A stretch of DNA of 62,808 nucleotides from the IMG/VR virus record IMGVR_UViG_3300045988_163888, positions 1-62,808 of that record. One strand, given 5' to 3'. The translations under genes and the position numbers were made by a program. The notes under the pieces are model-generated. The model saw only the letters and a program-made list of their open reading frames with translations, had not been told where the DNA came from and made no database searches. The DNA is from a virus. Positions 26,789 to 35,707 of this stretch are shown piece after piece. Every line of letters begins with the position of its first letter. Within the stretch, counting starts at the first letter, position 1.

Positions 26789-27556
26789 CTAGGGGCTTTT
26801 CAGCCCCTTTATTGGGGTCGTTGTTATCTTGACCATTGTTCCATCTCGTATCATCCTGTCAAATCGCGATATTACCGCCTCTGCGATATCGCGGTTTTCG
26901 TACACCTGCAAAACCTCGCGTAATGGCTTGTTTGATGTCATCCAGAGGCGTTTCCCCGATTCGTACACGCCGTTAATCAGCTCATACGTCAGATCCTCCA
27001 TTACCGGAGTAGGTCGTCTCTTGCCAAAATCGTCGATTGCCAGTATGTCAGTACCAAGCAAATCAGCCTTAAAGTCATTGGCTTTAGTCATGCCTTCCGC
27101 TGCTTTTGCCACGTACAGCTCGCACAGCCTTGCCCAGTTATAAAACTGCGTTCTCAAGCCCTTATCAGCGATAATCCAGCGTGTAAGGCAGTAGGCAAGC
27201 GCGCGGCTTTTTCCGGTATCGTAAGGTCCAATGATAAACATCGACTTGTTCCAGTCTTGCTTCATCGCCGAAAAAAGCGCTGTATTGCCCCTAGATTTGT
27301 CGTAATCAAGAAACCCCACTGGAATACCCGCCTCAACACTTAACGTGCGATAACGGGCTTCCTTTTCGCGTTTCTCGGCTTCCTGCTTAAGACGCTCCCC
27401 ACACTGGTCGCAAAGAGTAGGGCGCGGAATGATATCAGCCGCAAAGTCCGGAACGTCCATCGCGGAATGGAACGTCTTACCGCACTCCTTGCAGGTGTAG
27501 TCGTATTTGACGTGAACGAGCGGTCCGTCAAATGTCGTATTTGTCCAGAGCGACAT
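26789..27556 (-). CDS. DnaC/IstB-like AAA+ helicase loader with N-terminal zinc ribbon
   Basis: Walker A GPYDTGKS, Walker B ILAIDDFG, sensor MTSNKP; GGGGGAG RBS before ATG 27556. Confidence 0.75.
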   Translation of the reverse strand: MSLWTNTTFDGPLVHVKYDYTCKECGKTFHSAMDVPDFAADIIPRPTLCDQCGERLKQEAEKREKEARYRTLSVEAGIPVGFLDYDKSRGNTALFSAMKQDWNKSMFIIGPYDTGKSRALAYCLTRWIIADKGLRTQFYNWARLCELYVAKAAEGMTKANDFKADLLGTDILAIDDFGKRRPTPVMEDLTYELINGVYESGKRLWMTSNKPLREVLQVYENRDIAEAVISRFDRMIRDGTMVKITTTPIKGLKSP

Positions 27557-28289
27557 TTCTAGGTCTCCCCCCATAAGTTGGAAGCGCCTTGTTGCGTGCC
27601 CGGTCGAGTTCAACATCAAAATTGTTCAGAAACGTTATAACGTCCCGTCTCCGGTATTGGTATCCGGAGTTATAGAGCGTCTCAACCTCTGTAAGCTCAT
27701 CAAGCACGCCTTCGCGCTTCGCAACGGTTTTCAGTTGCTTAGTCTCCTTATCACTCCACGCCGTCGATTCCCGACGGTTGAAGAGTACGTTAATCCGATG
27801 CTTCACCTCCTCGACAATCGCCGCGTCAGCGGCATTCCCCCTTGGGGGGGATATAAGGGGGGAAGAATCATTTCTTATATCTTTTCTTATTATTATATTT
27901 TTATTTCCCTGCAATTTTTCAGCAACCAGTTCTTCAGTTTTTTCAGTCAGTGTTCTGCAATTTTTTGAGAACTTGTTCTGCAATACTTCTTCGCAGATTC
28001 TGAAAAACCTTTTTGCCGGAAGTCCCATTACTTTTGTTTCGATTATTCCAGCCGCCTGTAGCTTTGAAACTGCCTGTCGTTGCTGGTAATCGGAAAGTCC
28101 GGTATCCTCCTTTATCCTGTCCACTGTCGCGTAAAAAAAGCCATCTTGCAAGTCTTCCTTGAAATATTCAAGCTGACTTGCGAGCGCCCCTAAAACGACT
28201 GCGCATTCAAGTCCGAATTCTCGGATTAGCGTCTTGTTCACCACAATAAAATTGTTTGAAGCGATAAGTCCAATTATGCTCATTTGCAA
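27528..28289 (-). CDS. replication initiator / DnaD-like replisome organizer (putative)
   Basis: N-terminal winged-helix-like domain, located directly upstream of DnaC-like loader. Confidence 0.5.
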   Translation of the reverse strand: MQMSIIGLIASNNFIVVNKTLIREFGLECAVVLGALASQLEYFKEDLQDGFFYATVDRIKEDTGLSDYQQRQAVSKLQAAGIIETKVMGLPAKRFFRICEEVLQNKFSKNCRTLTEKTEELVAEKLQGNKNIIIRKDIRNDSSPLISPPRGNAADAAIVEEVKHRINVLFNRRESTAWSDKETKQLKTVAKREGVLDELTEVETLYNSGYQYRRRDVITFLNNFDVELDRARNKALPTYGGRPRNVALDKYDI

Positions 28290-28639
28290 GCCTCCTTTAA
28301 GCTGTCAAGGTTGTTTATCGTGCAACAAAAAGGGCTAAACGTTGCACTATCCGGTTGTAGTTTTTCCCTTTTGTAAATGTTTCGATAGACGTTGGGCAAG
28401 CCATAGTGATATCTCTCTTCTTTTTCGATTAGTCCTAGCTCAACAAGTCCAGTCAGAGCATCTATCAAGCATCGACGCGAGCAATTCAAGATTGCGCATA
28501 AATGTACAAGCCCTGTATCAAAAGTTTTCCCTTTTTGATAAAGAGCATAAATCACAGCATACGCGCAAAGTTGAATACCGCTAAGATGCAAATCGTCAAT
28601 CATCCAGCGATACACGAAAAAGCCTTCTATTTTGTCCAT
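28280..28639 (-). CDS. winged-HTH protein (replication-associated, putative)
   Basis: MarR/DnaD-N-like helix pattern; coupled to initiator gene. Confidence 0.4.
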   Translation of the reverse strand: MDKIEGFFVYRWMIDDLHLSGIQLCAYAVIYALYQKGKTFDTGLVHLCAILNCSRRCLIDALTGLVELGLIEKEERYHYGLPNVYRNIYKREKLQPDSATFSPFCCTINNLDSLKEACK

Positions 28640-28675
28640 TTTCCATCCTCTGTTGTTTGTTTTCGGTTGTTTTTC

Positions 28676-29029
28676 TCATGCCATTACATACTTCCGCTTT
28701 GTGTAATGGCTCATTAGCTCATCAACATCCTTTTCCGCGCGTTTCAAAGCCGCTTCAAGAGCTTTCAGGCGCGGGTCCGGTATCTGCCAGTGGCAAGCGA
28801 GTATCTTGCGCATAAGCGCATCATCAACCGCCGCGAATCGGTGATTGACTGATACTCTGCTTTTTGGTATTTTTGTCAAGTTTTCTGCGTTTTTGCTCGT
28901 AAATGCCAAACAGCTGGTAAACTCGCCGGAAAGATATCTTTCTACCGCCCGTGCCAGCTCTTGTGTTGCAGGGGTTTTAAGTCCCCGCAACTTCTCGGCT
29001 TGCGATTCGTACAAGTAGTAGCTCGCCAT
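28676..29029 (-). CDS. hypothetical protein
   Basis: 117 aa ORF. Confidence 0.4.
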   Translation of the reverse strand: MASYYLYESQAEKLRGLKTPATQELARAVERYLSGEFTSCLAFTSKNAENLTKIPKSRVSVNHRFAAVDDALMRKILACHWQIPDPRLKALEAALKRAEKDVDELMSHYTKRKYVMA

Positions 29030-29032
29030 CTT

Positions 29033-30151
29033 TCACGCCTCCGCTAAGACTTGCCGGGGCGCTTTCTGCTGTATCAACTCGCCCATAGCTTCCGCAAACA
29101 GCTTCTCGCCGTCCTTGAGACTTGCACATATGCCGTTTTCTTTCATTTTCGCGGCGTATGCTTTACGCAAGGCGGGTTCCGCTACTTTACAGTAGGTCAA
29201 AAATTCTTCAGCCTTAAACACGCTGGAAAGGGTATTAAACGCCGCGTTGATATCGGGGATTTCCTTGCCGCCGGAAGTCGTCTTTAGAACGTAATTTCCG
29301 CATGCTCCTTTTTCCGCGCACCGCGCCTTGATTTCCTCTGTCACACGGTCGGCAAATTTGGCAACAACCTTAAACTTGCCCGCCAGCTCGCACAAAAAAG
29401 CGTCCGGGACTTCTGCAAGCGTCGGGAGCGCGTCAAGCTTCTGCGATACAACCATCACTTTTGACGCAAACTGTGCGTATGCAGGGCATGTTCCGTAATA
29501 AGCCGCCTTGCAATATCGGCATTGCTTTTCCCCTGCCACAGCGGGCGCGGAATCGCGCTTGCACTCAGCAATCACGCCCATAACGTAATCCCTGATACCC
29601 TCCATGCCCTCAAAAGTGTAGTTGCTGTGCTGATGGATAACCGGGTTGTAAAAGTGTACGTCAGCGACCTTGCGGTCAAACTCTTGCATAGCCGCCAGCG
29701 CATAAGCCGCGCCCTGCGGGTTGTTCGCCGCCTCCGTAACTTCCCGATGCCCAAATTTCCAGTCAATCACAATCACCTTTTCAGGCGTGACAATCACCAC
29801 ATCTGTGGTTCCGTTGTAAACTTCTAAGCCACAAAACTTGTAGCTTAATTTGCGCTCAGAAAAAATCTGAAAGTCATTGCCGGAAATTCCCGAAAGTCTC
29901 ACTACTTCCGCGAACTTGTCAAACGCCGCCATAACGTCCGAATCGTCAACCGACGGAAGCGGCTTGCCCTCAACGAACGCAGTAATCAGCTCTGATGTAG
30001 CCGCATGTTTGAGTGTCCCCTCTTTCGAGTTTTCGGTATCAAAGGAGGGCAAGCCCTCCTCTAACTTGTAGCTTGCCGGGCAAGCCTCGCGCCGTTCGAG
30101 CGTGGACGGTGAAAAAACATGATGCTTCGTTTCTGTCGTTTCCATTGTCAT
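29033..30151 (-). CDS. PD-(D/E)XK-family recombination exonuclease with Cas4-like Cys cluster
   Basis: D..E.K core (VIVIDWKFG) and C-terminal CRYCKAAYYGTCPAY; coupled 4-nt overlap with RecT gene. Confidence 0.6.
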   Translation of the reverse strand: MTMETTETKHHVFSPSTLERREACPASYKLEEGLPSFDTENSKEGTLKHAATSELITAFVEGKPLPSVDDSDVMAAFDKFAEVVRLSGISGNDFQIFSERKLSYKFCGLEVYNGTTDVVIVTPEKVIVIDWKFGHREVTEAANNPQGAAYALAAMQEFDRKVADVHFYNPVIHQHSNYTFEGMEGIRDYVMGVIAECKRDSAPAVAGEKQCRYCKAAYYGTCPAYAQFASKVMVVSQKLDALPTLAEVPDAFLCELAGKFKVVAKFADRVTEEIKARCAEKGACGNYVLKTTSGGKEIPDINAAFNTLSSVFKAEEFLTYCKVAEPALRKAYAAKMKENGICASLKDGEKLFAEAMGELIQQKAPRQVLAEA

Positions 30152-31068
30152 TTTCCTCCTAAAATCGCTTCGGTGATTGCGTCAAGATTCGGTTCAACCA
30201 TCGAAAAAGAGAAGAACTCGCCGTTCTTTTCAACGAACGCTTTCACCTCTTCAGCCGAAACCGGAATTCCTTTTCTGTCAATCACTTCAGCCAGCTTTTC
30301 AAGGTCACTTTTTTCGGGCTGTTTCGGCGCTTCTTCAGCTGGTTTAGCGTCTCCGTTTTCGGGTTCAGGTTCCACCGCCTTGACTGCCTCCTTTTTTCGT
30401 TTTTCGAATTTTGAGGTAACAGGCACGGATTCAGCGGAAACAGGCGTAACGTCGATAATTTCATCCTGCGTCTGAATGCCCATCGTGAGTTCCGGAACGT
30501 ACGTTCTCGCGAAAAATGTCGCCGCGCGGTATCTGAGCATAAGTTCCGGCATTGTCTTCCACTTTGAGCCCGTTTTGCCGTACCAGCCTTCCGCTTTTGC
30601 CATGCCGATGGTGACTTCAGGACTTTCCAGTTTTTCGCCGTCGCGGTCAATCGCCCACGCGATACAGCCGTAAGTATCCGTTCCCTTTTCGCCAGTCATG
30701 CGATACCGGAGAGGCGTAAACTTCCGACTTGCGTTGATACACGCAATCAAAAATGTGCTTGACCACGCGGGCTTGCCATGCACAATGTACAGATTCTGCA
30801 TCACCATCATCGGAGACGCTCCTATTCTTTGCGCTGTTTCGAGCGCAATTAGGCAATTCGCCGGGCGTTTCTGGAAAGTGACAGGGACAAGGTCGCTTTC
30901 CGAAAGCGGTCGGATCATTCTTTGTGCCGCTTCAAACGCCTGAATGTTCATAAAAATCTCGCCCGGCTGGAACGTAACCGGAGAAAGCTTCGCCTCCGGA
31001 GCCGCCGGATTGCTGTTCAGAAGTCCGTTGTTTGTGTTCGTTTGCTGGTTGTTCGTAACTGTGTTCAT
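30148..31068 (-). CDS. recT: RecT-family single-strand annealing protein
   Basis: RecT core (MQNLYIVHGKPAWSS, TIGMAKAEGWYGK, ELMLRYRAATFFARTYVPEL). Confidence 0.85.
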   Translation of the reverse strand: MNTVTNNQQTNTNNGLLNSNPAAPEAKLSPVTFQPGEIFMNIQAFEAAQRMIRPLSESDLVPVTFQKRPANCLIALETAQRIGASPMMVMQNLYIVHGKPAWSSTFLIACINASRKFTPLRYRMTGEKGTDTYGCIAWAIDRDGEKLESPEVTIGMAKAEGWYGKTGSKWKTMPELMLRYRAATFFARTYVPELTMGIQTQDEIIDVTPVSAESVPVTSKFEKRKKEAVKAVEPEPENGDAKPAEEAPKQPEKSDLEKLAEVIDRKGIPVSAEEVKAFVEKNGEFFSFSMVEPNLDAITEAILGGK

Positions 31069-31071
31069 AAG

Positions 31072-31332
31072 TCATGCTCCTTTCTCGTTTTTGAGCGTGT
31101 TTTCGTCTTCTTCCAGCTCTTCTTTTTCGAGCCGTTCGTTCTCTTCTTTTTCCGCGCATTCCGGGCATAATCCGTCAAGGTTAATGTCGCTTACAGCGCA
31201 CACGTCGCCGCAACCATCGCACCTTGCAAGTTCACCGGAACCGCCGCAGTCCTCACAGATGTATGTGAGACTGCAACCCTGTTCTAGGTAGTGATAGCCG
31301 CGCCCGCGGCAATAGGGACATTGGTATATCAT
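31072..31332 (-). CDS. Cys-rich zinc-binding protein
   Basis: CPYC...C...CEDCGGSG...CDGCGD...CPEC. Confidence 0.45.
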   Translation of the reverse strand: MIYQCPYCRGRGYHYLEQGCSLTYICEDCGGSGELARCDGCGDVCAVSDINLDGLCPECAEKEENERLEKEELEEDENTLKNEKGA

Positions 31333-31583
31333 TTTGCCTGTTCCTCCTTGTTATCTTCCTTTGAGGCTTTTTCTGCCTCTGCTTTTTCTTTTGCTTTTCG
31401 CGCGTCCATATAATCAGCAATCCCGATTTTGGAGGCGCAAGCCCGGCAAATATGGTGATTATACATATGCAAGTTATTTTCAGAAATGAATACCCCGCAA
31501 CTACAATCAAGCGCGTACATCGCAGGCTTTCTGCAAATATCGCAAACGACTTTAACCATCTTTTCATTCCTCCCTGTTTTCAT
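31329..31583 (-). CDS. Cys-rich zinc-binding protein
   Basis: CDICRK...CSC...HHICRAC. Confidence 0.45.
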   Translation of the reverse strand: MKTGRNEKMVKVVCDICRKPAMYALDCSCGVFISENNLHMYNHHICRACASKIGIADYMDARKAKEKAEAEKASKEDNKEEQAK

Positions 31584-31836
31584 TTTCTCGTTTCACCTGC
31601 AAGGCAAACTGTTCCAGCTCAACAATCAGCTTGTCTTTGTCAAGTGCTCTGATGCCTTTCATTGCTTCGTGCACCGCGCCCATTGGCGTTCTTCCATGCC
31701 CATGCAGATAGCCCATTGGCGTATGTACCGCGCACTGATAAGGGTAATTCTTGCACTTTCCAAAATAGTTGATTTTCATGCCGGAACTGCTTTCAAACAG
31801 TGTGTAAACAACAGGGTGCTTTTCTCTTCTCATCAT
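31564..31836 (-). CDS. hypothetical protein
   Basis: 90 aa ORF. Confidence 0.4.
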   Translation of the reverse strand: MMRREKHPVVYTLFESSSGMKINYFGKCKNYPYQCAVHTPMGYLHGHGRTPMGAVHEAMKGIRALDKDKLIVELEQFALQVKRENENREE

Positions 31837-32007
31837 GCTTCAAACTCTTTCTTCTTGATGTTGTAAGCTGGATTTTGTTCATACTTTTTTGACCGCGCGG
31901 AGCAATCATCAGTAGCTTCTCTTCTGCGTCTTGACGCGTCGCAAATGACGCCATTCCAGCGCTTGCAGGATAAGCATATGCCGCGCCAGCTTATATGCTC
32001 GGTTTCC

Positions 32008-32148
32008 GTGTTACTCATTGCACACCGCCGCGATCTCGGCAAGCCGCTTTTCGGACTGTACAGTCATCTGTACAAGTCCAATCATGTAGCCCATAGCCGC
32101 GCCGAAAACCAGCGCGGCGGCGATAAGCTTGAAGTTGATTTTGTTCAT
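32008..32148 (-). CDS. small hydrophobic single-TM peptide (46 aa, MNKINFKLIAAALVFGAAMGYMIGLVQMTV...)
   Basis: not in ORF track (<60 aa); GAAAGGAAACAGAGAT RBS-like sequence before ATG 32148. Confidence 0.35.
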
Positions 32149-32188
32149 ATTCTCTGTTTCCTTTCAGTTTTTCAGATTTTCCCCTGTC

Positions 32189-33001
32189 TTACATCAGGGG
32201 AAGTGTGTTCGCTTCTTTTGCAAAGAGGTTTACAAAGTAGATTTGCCCTTTGCCCGTGATTTTCGGCGTTCGGGTGATAACACTCACACCCTCGCTGTTA
32301 ATTCGCGTGCCCTCCTTGACTTCAAACCATCCGGCGTTTACACTTCGTTGCGTCGGGAGATTCTTCTGACTGCCCTTGCTGTGGAGATAGCCTTTATCTC
32401 GCAGGTAATCAAAAAAGCGGTTCTGCCCGATTTCCACGCCCGTGGACTGCTTGATAAGTTTTGCCATCTCGCCGACAAGGATCGACGTTTTGGCGACCGC
32501 GATGCTTTCGGCAAAAACGACTTTCGGCTTGTCCATTTCAATCTGTTTGCTCGCTTCAGCGATTTTCTTGTCCTTTTCCTCAAGCTGGAGTTTCTGGCGG
32601 TTGATTGTTTCGTCGGCCAGCTTGATTGCCCGCGCCATAATCATTTCCGGCGTTTCGTCCGCTTTTACCGCGATGTAGCCGCCGGATTTGCGGATGGAGG
32701 GGAGAACCTCTTCAAAAACCCACTTTTCAAACTGGACCGCCGCCGGAAGTTTCGATTTGCAAATCAGGCGCATAACGTCAGATTCAGAGATAACTCTGAC
32801 ATCCTGAGTTCTTCCGAGGCTGTCGACGATGGGGTTGTATTTTGCAACCCCACGGCAATGAAGCCTCATTGCGTTTACAGGCTCCTTATAGCCAAGGAGT
32901 TTGCAGACATCTTTTGCCACAAACCACGGGTTGTTGTTTTCGTCGGTGTTCACGCGGACTTCCGCGCCTTCAAATTTGAAGTTCATAACTTCTGCACTCA
33001 T
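32189..33001 (-). CDS. ant: antirepressor, Bro-N N-terminal domain plus KilA-C-like C-terminal domain
   Basis: FVAKDVCKLLGY Bro-N signature; C-terminal phage antirepressor KilAC-like region. Confidence 0.75.
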   Translation of the reverse strand: MSAEVMNFKFEGAEVRVNTDENNNPWFVAKDVCKLLGYKEPVNAMRLHCRGVAKYNPIVDSLGRTQDVRVISESDVMRLICKSKLPAAVQFEKWVFEEVLPSIRKSGGYIAVKADETPEMIMARAIKLADETINRQKLQLEEKDKKIAEASKQIEMDKPKVVFAESIAVAKTSILVGEMAKLIKQSTGVEIGQNRFFDYLRDKGYLHSKGSQKNLPTQRSVNAGWFEVKEGTRINSEGVSVITRTPKITGKGQIYFVNLFAKEANTLPLM

Positions 33002-33025
33002 TTTTGAGCCTTTCTTTTTGTTTAT

Positions 33026-33060
33026 GGACGCGGAACCATTCCGCGTCCGTTGTTTTTTGT
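33026..33060 (+). terminator. rho-independent terminator on plus strand (GGACGCGGAA-cca-TTCCGCGTCC then GTTGTTTTTTGTG), just beyond the ant start codon
   Basis: 10-bp perfect stem followed by U-run; would terminate an RNA antisense to the ant 5' end. Confidence 0.5.
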
Positions 33061-33203
33061 GTGGAATCGCCGTTTTTTGCTAAAACGGCTTGTAGCTCGA
33101 ACTGCGTCAATCTGCCGATTCGAGTAAGGGAGATTCGAGTTCAAATGGAGTTGTTTAGATAAGCGTACATTGTCAGTCCCCTTGTTATAGACCTTTTTGT
33201 TGT

Positions 33204-33230
33204 TACGCTCAATTTGTGCCTTTCTAAGGG
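33204..33230. promoter_or_regulatory. palindrome TTTGTGCC-N8-GGCACAAA followed by A7 (operator-like); GGCACAAAAAAGC recurs at 12323..12335
   Basis: seen directly in sequence. Confidence 0.35.
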
Positions 33231-33483
33231 CACAAAAAAAGCGGGTTTGGTCGGAAGTTAGAAACATGTAACAAGCCATGCCGCACGGATTACGCCAATG
33301 CGCTTCCTCAAACCCGCAAAAATACAAATGCGGTGAGATAAAATTTTTCGGGAATCGTTTGTCGAGTTGACGGAACGACTTCCGCTTGTTACGTGGGTTT
33401 CTACGCCCGACGCATTTACAATACAGCCGCCGGGCAACTTTTGCAAGCGCGATTTCAAAAAATCTCGCATTTTTTTTGTTCAG

Positions 33484-33843
33484 TCAGTCTTCCAGCCAGC
33501 CTTCCGGCACCATGCGCCAAGGATCGCTAAGGGGCTTTAAGTTGGCCGCTAGGGCTGCTTTATCAGCAGCATCCTTAGCGACCTCTTCCGGTGTCTCATA
33601 CCGGAACTTAAGGAAAGAGACTGTTTTAATCGTATCCTCCCCCTCTTGGCGCGTCCCAATTACAGGAACACGCCACTGAAAAACGTGCGTTTCGTGAAGC
33701 CGACGGGGTTTTCTGAAGTTACTGAGAAACTTATGGAATTCCTCAGCGGTAAGACGATCTTCGCTTCGAAAGCCAAAGTAGGAGTTGTGGCTATGTTCAT
33801 AGTCAAATACGATTCTTCCCTTTTTCTCAGTATCCATTTTCAT
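33484..33843 (-). CDS. hypothetical protein (start MKMDTEKK)
   Basis: AAAGGAG RBS; the longer ORF in the track overlaps the upstream gene. Confidence 0.45.
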   Translation of the reverse strand: MKMDTEKKGRIVFDYEHSHNSYFGFRSEDRLTAEEFHKFLSNFRKPRRLHETHVFQWRVPVIGTRQEGEDTIKTVSFLKFRYETPEEVAKDAADKAALAANLKPLSDPWRMVPEGWLED

Positions 33844-33853
33844 CTCCTTTTTT

Positions 33854-34162
33854 TTACCGGACAAAGCCCGGTACGGAAACAATCTGCCCTTTCTCGTTCC
33901 GCACGGCTTCCGGATGCCCGGTCGCCGGAGCGACCAAGTCCGCACGTTTTGAGGCGGCGAGAACAAGCGCGGAAACGATGTAGAGTATGTTTTCGGCGGG
34001 TTCCGGCAGGTTCTGGACTTCGCCGAAAACGACCTTTGCCACGCCATCTTCGTCAAACGCGGTAAAGGAGCTTGTCACACGTGCGATTGTGCCGCTTGCC
34101 GGGAATTCAACGCCGGAATTGAGCTTGACAGCGTGCGGGGTGAGGTTTATAAAAGTCTTCAT
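33854..34162 (-). CDS. hypothetical protein
   Basis: 102 aa ORF. Confidence 0.4.
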   Translation of the reverse strand: MKTFINLTPHAVKLNSGVEFPASGTIARVTSSFTAFDEDGVAKVVFGEVQNLPEPAENILYIVSALVLAASKRADLVAPATGHPEAVRNEKGQIVSVPGFVR

Positions 34163-34462
34163 AGCAGGTTTCCTTTCTTTAGGGTTTGTTTTTTGGTATT
34201 TTTGCTATGTTTTTATATTAAGCGCATTTTGTGCCAATTTTCCGCGTTCCAGCCGTAAACCGGAGCGGGGAAAACTGGTACAAAATCAAATTTTTCTGCG
34301 TAAAGACCTTAAAAATCGCAGTTGCATTTCGACCGGGGGTTAGTGCCGGGTCAGGTCAAGCAATCTTCATGACTGCCACGCGCTTCTCGCGCCTTTTTCC
34401 TCTTACAAGGAGCACCCCTTCTTTTTCAGGTGTAAGGGATAACACCTGTCTTTTGAGCTTGA

Positions 34463-34726
34463 TTATGCCTTTGGTAAGGCAATCTCAAGCCCCGCCGCTT
34501 GCGCGGCTCTGTAGGCTTGTAGCTTAGCCACAAACCCACGTCGCACGCCCTCAGGATAGCACGTGCCAAACAGCCGCATCGTCGCGGCTATCATGTGCTC
34601 GCCCTGCGCTATGCAACGCAGAGCCATCGCCTCACCCCAAGAGTAGTCAAACTCTTCGAGGGATTGAAAAACGGGCAGTTCTGCTTCAGTTTTCTTGCCC
34701 ATAATACGCTTCTTTCCGTACGCCAT
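34463..34726 (-). CDS. hypothetical protein
   Basis: 87 aa ORF. Confidence 0.4.
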   Translation of the reverse strand: MAYGKKRIMGKKTEAELPVFQSLEEFDYSWGEAMALRCIAQGEHMIAATMRLFGTCYPEGVRRGFVAKLQAYRAAQAAGLEIALPKA

Positions 34727-34899
34727 TCAGCGTACTTTTCTCTAAAATTTTTTCGTATTCCTCTTGCACGAGGATACGAATAAGATGAGCGTTGCTCGGA
34801 AACTTCCGAACACGTCTAATCAGGTTAAATTGAGCCTGCTCTTCTTCGCTGGCTCTCAACCCGATGACGGGACAAGATTTTAAAATTTTATGATTTCTC
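34686..34899 (-). CDS. ribbon-helix-helix (MobC/Arc-like) DNA-binding protein, Cro-analog candidate
   Basis: first minus-strand gene leaving the switch region; GLRASEEEQAQFNLIRRVRKFPSNAHLIRILV resembles RHH. Confidence 0.45.
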
Positions 34900-34935
34900 A
34901 TTGAACACCACCTTTTTCGGTTTACGCTATACAAT

Positions 34936-35004
34936 GTACACCATAAACCGTAAATTTCAAGCCGCAAAATAAAAAATATTTGATTTTTTTTGCTTTATGG
35001 TGTA
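34936..35004. promoter_or_regulatory. lysogeny-switch operator region: inverted 11-mers TACACCATAAA (34937..34947) and TTTATGGTGTA (34994..35004), with divergent promoters
   Basis: perfect inverted repeats 46 bp apart between divergently transcribed RHH and XRE genes; TTGATT-N18-TATTTT on plus overlaps right half-site. Confidence 0.5.
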
Positions 35005-35039
35005 TTTTACCTCAAGAAAGGAAACGAAAGGAGGCTCCT

Positions 35040-35432
35040 ATGTTGGCAGAAGAAGCACTGAACACACTCAAAAAAGAGTATTTCACCGAGGACCAAACGC
35101 AAAAGCAGATTGCCCAGAGGCGCAACATCGACCAACAGACAATCAGCAAAATTTTGAACGGAACCTGCCAAATTGGCAACATGGAAGTTTCGACTTTCCA
35201 AAAAATGTTCCCGCATTCGACAATCAACGAAGGCGGGAAAATAACAACAGGAGATTCAAGCCTTGTAATAGGACACAATAATTCAGGGAGCGCAAATTAC
35301 AACATGTCCGGAGACACACAAAAAAAAGACTTGCTCCTAGACATGCTGGAAGAAACGCTCAACGATAATTCGTTGAGCGCAGAAGACAAGGTTAAACTTT
35401 GTCAAGTTACGCTAAAACGTAGAAAAAGCTAA
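35040..35432 (+). CDS. XRE-family HTH repressor-like protein
   Basis: AAAGGAGG RBS; QKQIAQRRNIDQQTISKILNG HTH; divergent from early operon, adjacent to integrase. Confidence 0.6.
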   Translation: MLAEEALNTLKKEYFTEDQTQKQIAQRRNIDQQTISKILNGTCQIGNMEVSTFQKMFPHSTINEGGKITTGDSSLVIGHNNSGSANYNMSGDTQKKDLLLDMLEETLNDNSLSAEDKVKLCQVTLKRRKS

Positions 35433-35458
35433 CAACGTTTACCAAAGGGGGGAAAACA

Positions 35459-35707
35459 ATGGGTATAAACATAAAGCGCGACAATCGGGGGACTGTCACG
35501 CTGAATGAAGCTCTGGACGGAGGTTGCATTGATAACCGCACTATTATCAATCTGCCTCCTTACGTGGTGTGGGCTGCGGCTGGAATTGCGCTGGCATTTT
35601 GTGCTACTGCAATAGGTTGTCGCCTCATCCCGCAAGAGGTACACCACACATTCGACCAAAGCGCAAATGTGCATATTTCTAGCACGGGGAACGGAGGGTT
35701 GAAGTAA
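35459..35707 (+). CDS. small membrane protein
   Basis: one TM helix (VVWAAAGIALAFCATAIGC). Confidence 0.4.
   Translation: MGINIKRDNRGTVTLNEALDGGCIDNRTIINLPPYVVWAAAGIALAFCATAIGCRLIPQEVHHTFDQSANVHISSTGNGGLK

Noticed and set aside
32129-33007. 292-aa plus-strand ORF
   Set aside because: Fully antisense to the Bro-N/KilAC antirepressor gene, which has clear domain signatures. The ORF has no RBS and starts at TTG.
33022-33470. ORFs 33022..33327 - and 33258..33470 - in the ant-upstream noncoding region
   Set aside because: No RBS, and they span hairpins and terminators. The region is better explained as regulatory or ncRNA.
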